Positions 11,459 through 24,888 are shown, counted from the first letter of the stretch. The stretch: 64,000 nt of DNA from Octopus sinensis (GCF_006345805.1 NC_043012.1:15810001-15874000), one strand, 5' to 3'. Numbers and translations: made by a program. Notes: a model not told the origin generated them from the sequence alone.

Positions 11459-12139
11459 TATGTGATAAATATCAGTAAGTTAAAGTTTCTCTTCACCCCA
11501 TTTTTGCTTAAATCTATCATCGCTACATTAAATACGACAGTTGCATTAACTCGATAAAAATTTCCAGAACTATTTCCCACAGTTGTTACGAGATTTTTAG
11601 AGAGCCTTGTGCCTTAACAGTAAAACGTGTTAAATTCGATAGAATTTTCTTATGACTGAAACATATTCATAGACGCCATCTTTTGTATTTGGTGGACAAA
11701 ATCATATGAATGAAATATTTGTAACTTAAAAGTTTTCATCTCCTCGCTGCATTTTTGCTTTTCAATTAATCCTCGCTACAATAAGTACGACTATAGCATT
11801 AACTCGACAGTAATTTTACATTCGGTGATGTCCCAGGGCATTTAACCGCAGTTAATATAAGATAAGAATTTTAGAGCGCCGTGTGCATTTACTGTGCAGT
11901 AAAACGTGATAAACATGTTAAAATATGCTACACATGGGGTGGACACGATGCCAACACCTCGGCCACTTAGCTACAATGACACTTCAGATCAGACTTGTTT
12001 ACCAAAGACATATATAGTATGGTAACTATCATACAGACATCCACTCAACCCGGTGCCAAGTTGCTAGATCAGGTCAACATTTCCGCCCGTTAATGAATAG
12101 AGGTTACCATGATGGCCGCACTTCTTCAACAACACAAAA

Positions 12140-12151
12140 CTATTACGTATG

Positions 12152-12194
<43 letters not shown>

Positions 12195-12461
12195 CGACAT
12201 CCACATACACTTATTAAAGACACGCTCTCACCTACACATACATATGCTCAAATTAATATGACAAATTAATACTGGCAAAATATATACATACAAGCACACA
12301 ATATACGCCACATACACATATATGCCCAACATCGCACGCGAGTGTACATGCGCACACCCAAGCCCACCCACGCACGCACATACACATACACACACACACT
12401 CACACACATACACTCACAAACACACACATATATATGTATATATACATACATACATACATAC

Positions 12462-12495
<34 letters not shown>

Positions 12496-12569
12496 CGTAT
12501 ATTGTGTGTATATATATATATGAGTATGTATGTATATTGTATATTATATATTATTGTGTTATATTATAT

Positions 12570-12603
<34 letters not shown>

Positions 12604-13125
12604 ATATATGCATATGTATGTATATATACACACACATATATGTATGCATATATAGATAGATAGACACATACACAGTTACACAAACACACACACACTCACG
12701 CACAAACGTATGCAGCAACATGCAGCAACACTCGTATTCAGACTAACACACAAACAATTTGAAACTCTTATATAATCAGACTGATCGCTCTACACATTCA
12801 ACCCGACCTGACTAATTGACGAACGTAGAAGTAGACGCACATACGTGACAAATCTACGTAATATTATGTACACTTAACTCGTATTCATGAATTCGCGCGC
12901 AAGCACATACACATGCACGCGCAACCACACACACTCGTACACATGCAAGCATACAAACATAGGCGCACAGGCACGCACACATACATGATCAAGCACACAT
13001 ACGTGCAAGCACACACCATACACGCTCGAGCACACATACATACATGCACGGGCAAACACACATACACGCGCTAGCACACACACATACACGCGCGAGCACA
13101 AACACATACGCACGTACGCACATAG
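12140..13125. repeat. Compound CA/TA/TACA microsatellites and a degenerate (CA)n tract
   Basis: Direct reading. Confidence 0.9.
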
Positions 13126-13260
13126 CCTGTTGCTTGTATATTTCCTAATCGTCCGCTCATTCAGGTACGAAACGCATGTACACAGGTACAGAAACGTGTA
13201 TAAACAAATATATATGTGTTTACAAATGCAGAGAATCTGAAATATTTTTATTGGTAAGTA

Positions 13261-13422
13261 GGCACAGGAGTGGCTGTGTTGTAAGGAGCTTGCTTACCAA
13301 CCACATGATTCCAGGTTCAGTCCCACTGCGTGGCACCTTGGGCAGGTGTCTTCTACTATAGCCTCGGGCCGACCAAAGCCTTGTGAGTGGATTTGGTAGA
13401 CGGAAACTGAAAGAAGCCTGTC

Positions 13423-13459
<37 letters not shown>

Positions 13460-13676
13460 CGTGTGTGTGTGTGTGTGTGTGTGCGCGTGTGTATGTGTAT
13501 GTATATGCTTGTGTGTCTGTGTTTGTTCGCCCCAACATCGCTTGACAACCGATGCTAGTGTGTTTACTTAGCGGTTCGGCAAAGAATAGGTCTTGGGGTC
13601 GATTTGCTCGACTAAAGGCGGTGCTCCAGCATGGCCACAGTCAAATGACTGAAAGAAATAAAAGAATAAAAGAATT
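13261..13676 (+). mobile_element. SINE family A, full length
   Basis: tRNA-like head, CORE-like segment, internal (TA)n(TG)n, 3' tail ending aaaagaataaaagaat. Confidence 0.95.
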
Positions 13677-13904
13677 TACTCTTATAAATGTGACAACACA
13701 TTCACATTTTCTTGTCTACATATTTAATTACCGTGACACAATACAGGCGCACACACACACGTACACACAGACACACACACGCACACACGCACACATACAC
13801 ACACACACATATGGATGCACGCACGCAAGCTCGCACATTCGCACGCACGCAAGCACGCACACCACGTGCTTGAGTTTCCGCCGAAAATCTTTGTATTAAG
13901 CCAA

Positions 13905-14208
13905 CACCAAATTGCCACTCCGTTGGTTATGACGATGATGGTTCCTGTTGATCCGATCAACAGCACAGCCTACTCGTGAAATGACTCCACGAACACGCCT
14001 ACCTTTTACGTTGATCTCAGTGTGATTGAGCGTGACATAGAGTTTGACCAACCTAACCTTTTGAAATGCATTTTTTTTTTTTGGCTAGCTGAGTGAACTG
14101 GAGCAACGTGCAATAAAGTGTCTTGCTCAGGGATACAACGCGCCGTCGCGAATCGAACTTATGACCTTACGATCGGTACCGAATACCTTAGCCACTACGA
14201 CACGCTCC
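13905..14208 (-). mobile_element. tRNA-derived SINE family C
   Basis: Reverse strand reads gtagtggctaagg...gttcgattc (A/B boxes), then gttgtatccctgagcaagacacttta...gctccagttcactcagct (CORE/Nin-like central domain). Confidence 0.75.
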
Positions 14209-14715
14209 TCTATTAGCTAACAAGTAATCTGGTTTCACCAAACATACTGTCCATTTGGCAAATCCCATGTTTTGTGTAATCGCTTCCTTATCATTGCTTA
14301 TTTTTCTAACCCGCTTTCATGTCTCTCGTCCCCTTCATATCTTTATAATTCTTGAGTTTACTATTACTTTCTCTTCGATTTCATGGGATGTTTTGTCTCC
14401 AAGAGAAAGCAGGTAAGCTCAAGAATTATGTAGATGAGATGAGAAACGTGAAAGCATTTTTGAACACTGAGGCATGGATCAGTGTAAAATTTATAAGGTG
14501 AAAGTTCTTTTCTAAATGTTTTTCGAATAACATTTAGACAGTGTTGCCAGTGAATTTTATTCGCTCGAATTCGAGATTCTTAATTGTCTTTTCAGTTTTA
14601 ATTGATTTTGCTAAATTGTTGGCGCACAGGTAAATAATTTTAATTTCTCAAAGCTAGTAAGCGAATGAAAACTTGCGTAGCATGTTTTACGTTTTTCTGA
14701 GAGCGTTTTGATCAT

Positions 14716-15648
14716 CCTACAACACCTGGAACAACAAGACGTGGAGGAGAAGGAAGGCAGGTAAAACTGCTGAAGGGCACGAAGGCATTAAGTTCGATGA
14801 TTGCCTTGGGCGCGTTTATACAGTGCACCCAAATCAGACTGAATGCTTTCACCTCTTTCTTCTTTTACATGAAGTAACAGGCCCAACTTGCTTTCAAGAT
14901 TTAAGAACTGTGGATGAAAACGTTTTTGCAACATACAAGGAGGCATGTCAACAGCGTGATCTTCTTGAAGATGACGGGCAGTGGCAAGCCTTCTTATCAG
15001 AGGCTTGTGTATCCAAGTCGCCCGGAAGCCTTAGAACACTTTTTGGTGTAATACTGCACAATTGTGCACCCAGTAGTCCATATTCTTTGTGGCTTCAATT
15101 TAGGAATGACCTGTCCGAGGACTTTAGGCGAGCCGCTCAGCTTCGATTCCCTACTTTAAACATAGGCTTCACCAATACAATATACAATCTAGCACTGATT
15201 GAGATTGAAAACAAGACTTTATCTTTAGGCGGTGACGTAGTGACCACTTACGGGCTTCCCCTGCTGCAAGGCCTACCTCAAATAATCTCCCTTCGGAAAT
15301 TGTTCGAGAAACATCTTAAGACATTACTGAACTATCCAAATATGTACAGATCAATGAGGCACTACTGCTACCTGACCAGAAGTACGCCTACGACACTATC
15401 GTTCAGCAAGTCCAGGGTCGTAAAGGTGGCTTTTTCTTCCTTAACGCTCCTGGCGGGACAGGCAAAACGCTCGTAACTGGACTAATTCTTGCAAAAGTAA
15501 GGCTACGAAAGTGCATCGCAATAGCTGTGGCAACTTCGGGCATAGCTGCTACTCTGCTCCCTGGTGGCAGGACTGCACACTCTACGTTTAAGCTTCCACT
15601 TAACCTCGCAAGTTCATCAACGCTTGTTTGCAACATTTCAAAGACGTC
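14716..15648 (+). mobile_element. Helitron Rep/Helicase fragment (linker plus PIF1 helicase motifs I/Ia)
   Basis: GRVYTVHPNQTECFHLFLLL..GPTCFQDLRTV..TYKEACQQRDLLEDD..W, then after a frameshift FFFLNAPGGTGKT (Walker A) and VATSGIAATLLPGGRTAHSTFKLP. Confidence 0.95.
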
Positions 15649-15649
15649 T

Positions 15650-15765
15650 TTTATCCTTTCAGGGTCGATAAAATAGGTACCAGCTGAGTACTAGGGATTG
15701 ATGTAATCGATTTGACCCCTCACCCGAACTTGTTGGCCTCATGCCAACATTTGAAAGCAATAATT
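15650..15765 (+). mobile_element. SINE family B fragment
   Basis: tcctttcagggtcgataaaataggtaccag...gatgtaatcgatttgacccc core. Confidence 0.8.
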
Positions 15766-16057
15766 ACGAAAGACTTAAATTTTTCGAGTCATTCTTCAAT
15801 TCTATAAATGAAAGAATACATGTACAATATTGAGAATGGAGAAGACTGTGTTGTAAAATAGTTTGTAAAGCAGAAACAAAACACATTTACAAAAAAGAAA
15901 ATTTTATCCAGTATAAGTTCCCGTCATACAATAACGCCTAAAGCCTGCTTCTATAACTCTTCGCGCGAGCGCGCACACACACACACAACACACACACACA
16001 CACACATACACACGCACGCACACAAAAGCATGGATATATGGATTTATAGTTGTGTGG

Positions 16058-16298
16058 AAGGCGGCGAGCTGGCAGAAACGCTAGCAAGCAGGACGAAATG
16101 CGTAGCCGTATTTCGTCTGTCGATACGTTCTGAGTTCAAATTCCGCCGAGGTCGACTTCGACTTTGCCTTTCATCCTTTCGGGGTCGATAAATAAAGTAC
16201 CAGTTACGCACTGGGGTCGATGTAGTTGACTTAATCCCTTTGTCTGTCCTTGTTTGTCCCCTCTGTGTTTAGCCCCCTTGTGGGTAGTAAAGAAATAT
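16058..16298 (+). mobile_element. SINE family B, full length, with 24-bp TSD
   Basis: Head aaggcggcgagctggcagaa, B-box gagttcaaattcc, tail gggtagtaaagaaata. TSD atatatggatttatagttgtg(t/c)gg at 16034-16057 and 16299-16322. Confidence 0.97.
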
Positions 16299-16857
16299 AT
16301 ATATGGATTTATAGTTGTGCGGCAAAGGAAAAAGTGGTGTTGCTTTTGTCTTATATTTTGAGTCTTTCAACAAAATTTCTATGTTGAATACGTATAATAA
16401 TTCACATTGCTTAATTGCGGTGTCCATCTGTGTTTCTACGTTTGAGCGTAGCTAAGTATTGATATTCTTCTCGGGCACATTACCCTCAATTGATGCTTAA
16501 TTATCAAACTAAAAATGACCAAACTTTTATGTTTCACTGTTTGATCTACTCCATTATTTAATTGCTGTTTATATTAAATAATCCAAAGCAATTTCTGTAT
16601 TCGCCATCCATTTCCAATAATATAATTAAACTTGAAAACATACGATAGAGACAAAGTAAGTAAAAGTAGAAACAAATGGAAATCAAAAGAGAAAAGAAAC
16701 AGGTTCTGTGTAAATCTTCATCGTTAATGAAACGATATCAAGTTATTTACTAAGTTTTTCTTTTATCATCATACCTTACAAGTATTCGTTTTTTAATGTG
16801 TGTGTGTGTAGATATACATACATAGACGCTCACATATAAACACGCGCACATATACAT

Positions 16858-16995
16858 GCGATGTGTGGCTTAGTGGTTAGCGTGTTACACTCTTGAGCCG
16901 TAAGATTGTGGTTTCGATTTCTGGACCGGGCAATGCATTATATTCTTCAGCAAAACAGTCTACTAAGTGGGTAAAAATGAGTAATCCAGCACCTC
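16858..16995 (+). mobile_element. tRNA-derived SINE family D, 5' part
   Basis: gtggcttagtggttagcgtg...gattgtggtttcgatt. Related to the minus-strand copy at about 40.1-40.3 kb. Confidence 0.6.
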
Positions 16996-17274
16996 TGAAT
17001 TTCGAATGAAAGCGAGGAATGCGAGAAGATATGGCTTATTGAAAGAATTTTTTCTCGAGACTCAGGTGTGTGTGTGTGTGTGTGTGTGTGTGAGCTCGTG
17101 CTCGCGTATGTGTATGTGTGTATGCATGTATGCGTACGAGTGCGTACTTACTTGTATGTTTATTTGTTAGTGAGTATGTGTTTGAGATTTCTTGCCTAAA
17201 CTCTTCTTGTATCATTTCGTTTTCTTTCTCAATTCTTGTGTTTAAATAAAATTCAAACGAGGAACAGAGATATT

Positions 17275-17488
17275 GGTTTCAAATTTTGACACAAGACCAT
17301 CAATTTCGGAGTAGGGGTTAAGTCGATTACATCGACCCCAGCATCCAAGTGATACTTACGTTATCGATCCCTGAAGGATGAAAGGCAAAGTCGACCTCGG
17401 CGGAACTTGAACTTAGAATGTAAAGTCGAACGAAATGCCGCAAAGCACTTTGCCCAGCATGCTAACGATTCCTCCAGCTCGCCTCCTT
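17275..17488 (-). mobile_element. Old SINE family B
   Basis: gattacatcgacccca...gaaggatgaaaggcaaagtcgacctcggcgg...gctaacgattcctccagctcgcc. Confidence 0.9.
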
Positions 17489-17514
17489 AAATTATATTAT
17501 CATTGTCGACGGAG

Positions 17515-17910
17515 ATGATTATGAGAAGAAGTGGGTAGGAAGTTTGTGTGAAAACAGCTTTCAGCTGACCAAAAACACTCGGATTCAGTTGCACAAGATC
17601 TCCTTGATTGTGTCGAGAACGATGAAAACTTTTTGAAAACTTTGCGTAGGCCTCTGAGCAGGTATCGCTAAGCTTTTGGCAGAATTTGATGCAGATTCTC
17701 TGTTCAGCTTTCTCCGTCATAGTCAATGCACCGATCACATTCCACACACGTTCCTTCCGAGCCCTGCTGTAAACAGCGGAGGTGAGATAGAACGTTAAAA
17801 CTTTGTGGCAACAGCAGAGTTCAAGGTAAATCTTGGCCAAGCCGTTTCATTATACGTGCCTTAGCTTCGTTACTATGGCTGCAGTCCGGATATCTGTTGA
17901 TCAGACCACG
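17515..17910. mobile_element. Rearranged mariner remnant (two pieces in opposite orientation) with 5' TIR
   Basis: Minus 17640-17910: TA|CGTGGTCTGATCAACAGATATCCGGACTG TIR and MTEKAEQRICIKFCQKLSDTCSEAYAK. Plus 17515-17645: MRR-VGRKFV*KQLSADQK..SVAQDLLDCVENDENFLKTL. Confidence 0.8.
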
Positions 17911-17974
17911 TATTAAAATTTTTCTAAATCGACTTGCCTAATTTTCTTATCCTTACACACACATACACTCACAC

Positions 17975-18023
<49 letters not shown>

Positions 18024-18153
18024 TGTGCGCGTGCGTGTACACACACACGCACACGCACACACACACACATATGTATTTATATGTGTGTGTACATATATAT
18101 AATGTATTTAAATATTTGTGTGTGGAGAGAGAAAGAGAACAAGAGAGAGAGCG

Positions 18154-18208
<55 letters not shown>

Positions 18209-19334
18209 GTACGCATACAAATACACTCAAACACGCATATAAGCTCAATCCCCGGACACATTGTGTTTCTCGAAAGGTACACCTGAAAATCACGTCCGCT
18301 TATATACCGAAATACATATAAAATATACAATGTATTCATTCTCCTAGCACATTTTATTTCTACGATGAATTACTTCAAAATAATATTAAGCCTCATGGAT
18401 CGAAGAGATGTAGTAGGAATCGATATTTTATTCCAAGTATTTCTATGCATCCACTGTGTTTATATATCGTTGTTATATATTATCGTTCTAAATCCGATTC
18501 TTTGCTTTACACCCTCTCAGAATGTCTTTGTGCAAAGAGAATATTAGTTATTATAACAGTTTATGTTCCAAAGTCAATTTTGGATTATACTTTTAAGGTC
18601 CACTTCGGTAATTTGAACAATTCTTATAAAACTGTTTTCCAAGGAAAACTTCAGCGTAGTTCATTGTTGTTATTGGAAATTCAAATCTTTCCTTTGCGTC
18701 TTTCCGGATAAACTGAAGTAAAAAAGACTGAATTGGGATTTCCCCTGAAGCCTGAACTAAAAAAAATGTAGACGATGATGGTAACACACTTCACAGCATT
18801 AGCAATGTCCTATATTTAATTTATTTCAAACCGCCCAGAGGGCTGTGGAGGGTTGGTACAATTTTTTTGAAAAGAAAGAAACCTCTCAGAGGTTATATCC
18901 AACTTGGTGAATTTTGACAAATACATTACAAAATGGATGCTGGGTGGACGCTATTGGAAAGTATGTTTTCAAATTTAGTGTGTAATCTGGGAGGCGATAA
19001 TATATAAGCAAGAATAGCTGACCATAACAGTATGTGTGTTGAAAAGTTTATATGTCTCGGTGGGAAGAATTGTCTTATTAGAGCTAGAAAGTTTTGGTTC
19101 AGGATAACGCCTTAGTGTATGTTAGTTGAAACAGATCATTTTCATTTTCCTGATTCCTAAATGGTCTGAGGTGTTCTCCATGTATCTTGACTTCCCACTG
19201 AAAGCATTTGTAGCACATGGTAAGAACAGGAAGCAGCCTTATTGAAAATACATTATAGATAGTATAGGTAACTTATGCTGCTTACAAAGTTTCTGATTAT
19301 GAGCGTGGAATGCCTGGAAGCCTTGTGGTTGTAC

Positions 19335-19770
19335 ACAGGTTTTAAATTTTGGCACAAGGCCAGCAGCTTCGGGAAGGGTGTAAGTCTGTTACATCAACCC
19401 CAGTGCTCAACTGGTACTTATGCTATCGACTCCAAAAGAATCAAGGGCAAAGTCAACCTCGGCAGATTTGCACTCAGAACGTAGAGACGGACGAAATGCC
19501 GCTAAGAAATTTGTCCAGCGTGCTAACGATTCTTATTTCATTATTTCTTTATTGCCCACAAGGGGCTAAACATAGAGCGGACAAACAAGGACAGACAAAG
19601 GGATTAAGTAGATTACATCGACCCCAGTGCGTAACTGGTACTTAATTTATCGATTCCGAAAGGATGAAAGGCAAAGTCGACCTCGGCGAAATTTGAACTC
19701 AGAACGTAACGGCAGACGAAATACCGCTGAGTATTTCGCCCGGCGTGCTAACGATCCTGCCAAGCCCGCT
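19335..19770 (-). mobile_element. Two adjacent SINE family B copies (one older, one younger)
   Basis: Both carry the gaaaggatgaaaggcaaagtcgacctcgg core. The younger has the gggctaaaca...acaaggacagacaaa tail. Confidence 0.9.
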
Positions 19771-20139
19771 GCTTTCTTGTGGTTGTATACAACATATTCA
19801 TTTGGCTTTCTATACGGTAATGTTTATCTATGTTTAAATCTAGAGATATATCCAGGAATCTCGGTATTGTTTAATTAATGATAATATTTATGCTTAAGCC
19901 TAACTTCTTAAGTATCTCTATTTGATTCTTTCTAAATCCGTCCGTGGTGTGGACATTTATATTGTATGATATGCTAATTCCAACTCCTCTTCAGGATGTA
20001 ACAAGAAGTATAGGATTAGATTTAACTCATTTACAGATGATAAGCTATTACCAGCCACATCGTGTATCGAACAGTGTTTTAATTGATTAGAGGCTGACAA
20101 CAAAATGAATGTAATTATATATGAAAAGAATTAATAATA

Positions 20140-20682
20140 TTGAGTTGTCCGGAAAGTTCGTGCCGATTTTTAAAGGAAAGAAAAAGGTCAATAAATGCAT
20201 GTCATTACATTTTTAATCAACCAAATATGAACCATTTTCTTGCACAATGCGTCTCCATCTTTCCTTTAACCTGAAAATACCCTCTTCCCAGAATTGAGGT
20301 GGTTTCATGGCAAACGTCATCCAAGGAATTGACATTTTTACCATTAAGACTATTCGGCAGAGACCTGAATAAGTGGAAATCCGAAGGAGCAATATCTGGT
20401 GTATATGGAGGGTGGGGTAACACATCCCAGTCAAGCTGCAGCAATTTTTCTCTGGTTCCCAAAGCATCAAGTGCCGAATATGAACTTTTTTATCTTCCAT
20501 TTTAAAGAGTTACAGAATTAACACAGATTATAGGAACATAAACCTTCTTCCATCAAAAGATAGCTTAAACTGTGCTCTAAATGGAGGTGTAGTGGAATCC
20601 TATTTTATGGACTCAACCATGTTCTAAAATAAGTCGAAAGGTAAGCAACTATAAACCAGCTCGAACTTTCCGGACAACCTAA
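20140..20682 (-). mobile_element. Internally deleted mariner with both TIRs
   Basis: TA-flanked TIRs ttgagttgtccggaaagttcg / cgaactttccggacaacctaa. N-terminus MEDKKVHIRHLMLW is fused to C-terminus LPHPPYTPDIAPSDFHLFRSL. Confidence 0.93.
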
Positions 20683-20772
20683 TATTTAAATTAATTTCTA
20701 TGGATAAAATTGATTTGTACAACGAGTAAATCGTAAGACAAGCTCGGTCATTGAACGAATTAAACTCGTACT

Positions 20773-20836
<64 letters not shown>

Positions 20837-21407
20837 GTGCATTTTCTTCACTCTAACTTACTTTCCACATTTTCATATTTTCACGTGGTGCATTGATAAA
20901 TTCTATGAGAAAAACGAAGTTAATTGAAGAGGTGGCTGTTACGTTGCGTTAGCTAATGTTAAAAGTTAGTATGAATCATTACTGCCTACATACAAGTTGT
21001 GACAAATCAGACCGGCGATAAGTACTGGCAGGCAGGAAGTGTATTTCAAGGGTTCAGACCAAATCTCAAAGAGTTATTCTCTAATACGCTCTTTTACCAC
21101 GCCTTTAGTGTAGGCGGTCTTAGATGCTTGTAACATGGTACCACCAGACACACCCTAACTGCATGGATGAGGTATATCCCCTCCATAACTTCCTTATTAT
21201 CATCGTGATGTAAATGACTCAAGTGCAAAAAGCCAAATCAAAACAAAAAAAAAAAACAACAAAAAGGCCCACAAGCAAACAGAGAACCCAGACGCAAACG
21301 AATTTACACTCAGATATTCAAAGAAGGTAGGGAGCAAACGAGACAGTCTATATATAGATTGCTGCAAGGTACATATTATGGCCTACGGGTTTCCTTAAAT
21401 TATTTTA

Positions 21408-21490
<83 letters not shown>

Positions 21491-21884
21491 TATACATATA
21501 CACACCTATTTATAAACAAATTAAATAGAGAGCTTCAATTGATAATCCAGTATTAATTTATATTATGATATAACATAATATGCTATGAATATAATATAAC
21601 ATTAAAAAATCATTAAAAAACCAAAAGAGCCAACAATTTGTTTCGACTCATATACATTATTTGATTTACAAACAATTCAATTTGCTTATATAAGTCTCAC
21701 CAGAGCTTTGGTTTAATGATAGATGAAATTCCGCGTGAAAGGACGGCTGGGTTGTAAAAAAATTAATTCAAATGCCTATGTATGATGAGCGTGAGCGTTA
21801 ACTTTTATAGTATAAATGAGTTACAAAGAGGTACAGGTATCAATTCATTACGGCTGTTTCAAGCGATTCCTTTAATTGATTGAT

Positions 21885-22068
21885 TTGCAAAGAAACCGTT
21901 TTCGCCAGATGACTCCATGAACTTCAAACATAAAGGACAATTCGACTGATTTAACATAGTCACAACTCCATAGGGCTAAAATATTTACATCGATTCTGCT
22001 GCTATTCAGTTGGCAGAATCAATGTTTGAAGTTCATGCAGTCATCTGAGGAAAACAGTTTCTTTGCAA
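21885..22068. repeat. Inverted repeat, 47-bp arms (MITE-like)
   Basis: Arms 21885-21931 and 22022-22068 match 43/47 by eye. Small inner hairpin gattctgc/gcagaatc. No TSD identified. Confidence 0.75.
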
Positions 22069-22169
22069 TGATGTAATGATGAAAGGAGCAGAATGCAGAA
22101 TGTTAACCCATGTGATCCTCATTCAGTTTTGCTTCATTCAACTAGTAATTAACATTCTTCATATTTTAA

Positions 22170-23230
22170 GTCGGTGAGCTGGAAGAATTGTTAGCATGTC
22201 GCGCAAGACAGCAGTATTTCGTCCGTCTCTGAGTTCAAATTCCGCCACGGTTGAGTTTGGCTTTCAGGATTGACAAAATAAGTATCAGTTGAACACTGGG
22301 GTCGGAGTAATAGACTTCACCCATCCCCGAAATTTCTGGCCGTAGCAAAAATTTGAAATCAATATTTTAAGGCGGCGAGCTGGCAGAAATATTAGCACGC
22401 CGAGCGATTTGCGTAGCCGTATTTCGTCTGCCGTTACGTTCTGAGGTCAAAATCCGCCGAGGTCGACTTTGCCTTTCATCCTTTCGGAGTCGATTAAATA
22501 AGTACCAGTTACACACTGGGTTAGATATAATCGACTTAATCCGTGTGTCTGTTCTTGTTTGTCCCCTCTATATTTAGCCCCTTGTGCGTAGTAAAGAAAT
22601 AGGTATTTCGTCTGCCGTTACGTTCTGAGTTCAAATTCCGCCGAGGTCAACTTTACCTTTCATCCTTTCGGAGTCGATTAAATAAGTACCAGTTACACAC
22701 TGGGTTAGATATAATCGACTTAATCCGTGTGTCTGTTCTTGTTTGTCCCCTCTATATTTAGCCCCTTGTGCGTAGTAAAGAAATAGGTATTTCGTCTGCC
22801 GTTACGTTCTGAGTTCAAATTCCGCCGAGGTCAACTTTGCCTTTCATCCTTTCGGGGTCGATAAATTAAGTACCAGTTACGCACTGGGGTCGATGTAATC
22901 GACTTAACCCCTTTGTCTGTCCTTGTCTGTAATCGACTTAACCCCTTTGTCTGTCTCCTCTATGTTTGTCCTTGTCTGTAATCGACTTAACCCCTTTGTC
23001 TGTCCCCTCTATGTTTAGCCCCTTGTGGGCAATAAAGAAATATGGGTAAGATGTTTTGCGGCATTTCATCCGTTTTTACGTTCTAAGTTCAAATTTCACC
23101 AAAGTTGACTTTGCCTTTCATCCTTTCGAACTCGATAATGTAAATACCAGTTGAACACTGGGGGGTAGATGTAACTGACTTGTCCCCTCCCGCTAAATTC
23201 CCTTGTGTCAAAATTTGAAATTAGTGTTTT
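22170..23230 (+). mobile_element. Cluster/tandem array of SINE family B
   Basis: Old copy 22170-22370; full copy from about 22371 followed by head-less units at 22602 and 22786; triplicated gtaatcgacttaacccctttgtctgt; old copy 23043-23230. Confidence 0.93.
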
Positions 23231-24083
23231 TCATATTTTAAGACGGACGTTTGGAAGAGAAGAATATGATAAAAATAAGTAGTATTAACCAAGTGAATTA
23301 TGCTACATCCAATTCCTGATTATTATCATGTTTTGCTTAAAACTATCTTGTACCATAAAATAAGCTCTTTTGTTGCTTGGAGAGGTGATCTTCTGTATAT
23401 TTCGGGTATTTTTTAACGAATTTTATTTACGATATTTATCAAGGAGTGTATTTTCCTTGGATTAAATTTTGTTCTGTTATAAGTATTTCGCCTTCTTTTC
23501 GTCAAAAGACTAACAACAAAAGACTAACAACAAATCTTGCCAACAAAGCTTGTACTTATGAATGACTGTTCAGCATGTAGAGTACTTAAAATCCATGGTG
23601 GTGTTTCACAAAGGCACAAACATTTATTGCTTGCTGAACTTGCTATTATAGCTGTGTGTGTGTGTGTGTGTGTGTATGTAAGAGAGACAGACAAAGAGAG
23701 AGACTGTGTGTGTTGCACTGTATGTCGTGTTATCTCTGTAACATTAACAACTTTTCGAGCATATCTCTAACGTTCATTTTTTCAGTGTATTATTTTCTTG
23801 ATGACAATGTTGAAACCTTATATGATACGTAAACTAAAGCTTGAAGCAGTTAAATTGATGTAGCGATCACGAGAGGAAAACCATTTTAATTATCAAGCGC
23901 ATCACCTAATTTTGGTCGAATTTTAATATTCTCCACAATTTCATTTCCATCCATCCATCCATCCGGCAATCCATCCCCTCTCTCCTCTCTGTCTCACAAC
24001 ATTTTATCTTATTTTATTTCTATGATCAAATAGTATGTGTTCCCATCAACAGCTGCATATTCCAACACCACTACCAACAACAC

Positions 24084-24122
<39 letters not shown>

Positions 24123-24612
24123 CAACACAACAACAACAACAACAACAACAACAACGTCAACTACGACAACAAATCCATAACATTTTATGAATTATAATCA
24201 CAGCGAATAAAAAATAACAGCAAAAACAAAAGAGAGCTATTTTTAAGATACAAGAAATTGCCTGGCGAATGGACTCAATTCCGCTTATCCTTATCATTTC
24301 CGTAACTATCTTTTCTCTTACTGCCATTTAATGTCCATTTAAATCGTCACTCAATCTTCTCCATACCTTTCTCTTTCTAATACTTCTCTCTGTCGCTTCT
24401 ATAAAACCTCTTTCCCTATTGTTCTCCTTATTTAACTATAGTACCTCCTCCGTCATAACATTATCCCTATGTTTTCTTCGTCCATTAACAGAGCATTCAG
24501 TTTTATCTTTCGCTATATTTCTCTCTTCTATTCTCAGTCTTCTATGTCCCAATCTCTTCTATCCTCAATCGTCGGCTTCACCTCTTTATAAGCAGTTTTA
24601 TAACTTTATATA

Positions 24613-24760
24613 CACAGGGGTTGGACAAAATAATGGAAACACCTCAAAATATTTCAAACAAATATATTTTAATATGGGGTTGGACTGCCTTTGGCAGTAA
24701 TTACAACTTGAATTCTACGAGGCAAGGACTTGTACAAAGTTTTAATTGTTTCCAAAGGAA
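24613..24760 (+). mobile_element. Tc1-like terminal fragment
   Basis: TA|CACAGGGGTTGGACAAAATAATGGAAACACC resembles Tc1-family TIRs. Broken by (TA)n. Confidence 0.6.
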
Positions 24761-24793
24761 TATATATATATATTATATATATATATATATATA

Positions 24794-24839
<46 letters not shown>

Positions 24840-24849
24840 ATATATATAT

Positions 24850-24888
<39 letters not shown>

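Noticed and set aside
13261-13330. tRNA genes at SINE heads
   Set aside because: Only A/B-box-like similarity; each continues into a SINE body and none forms a full cloverleaf.
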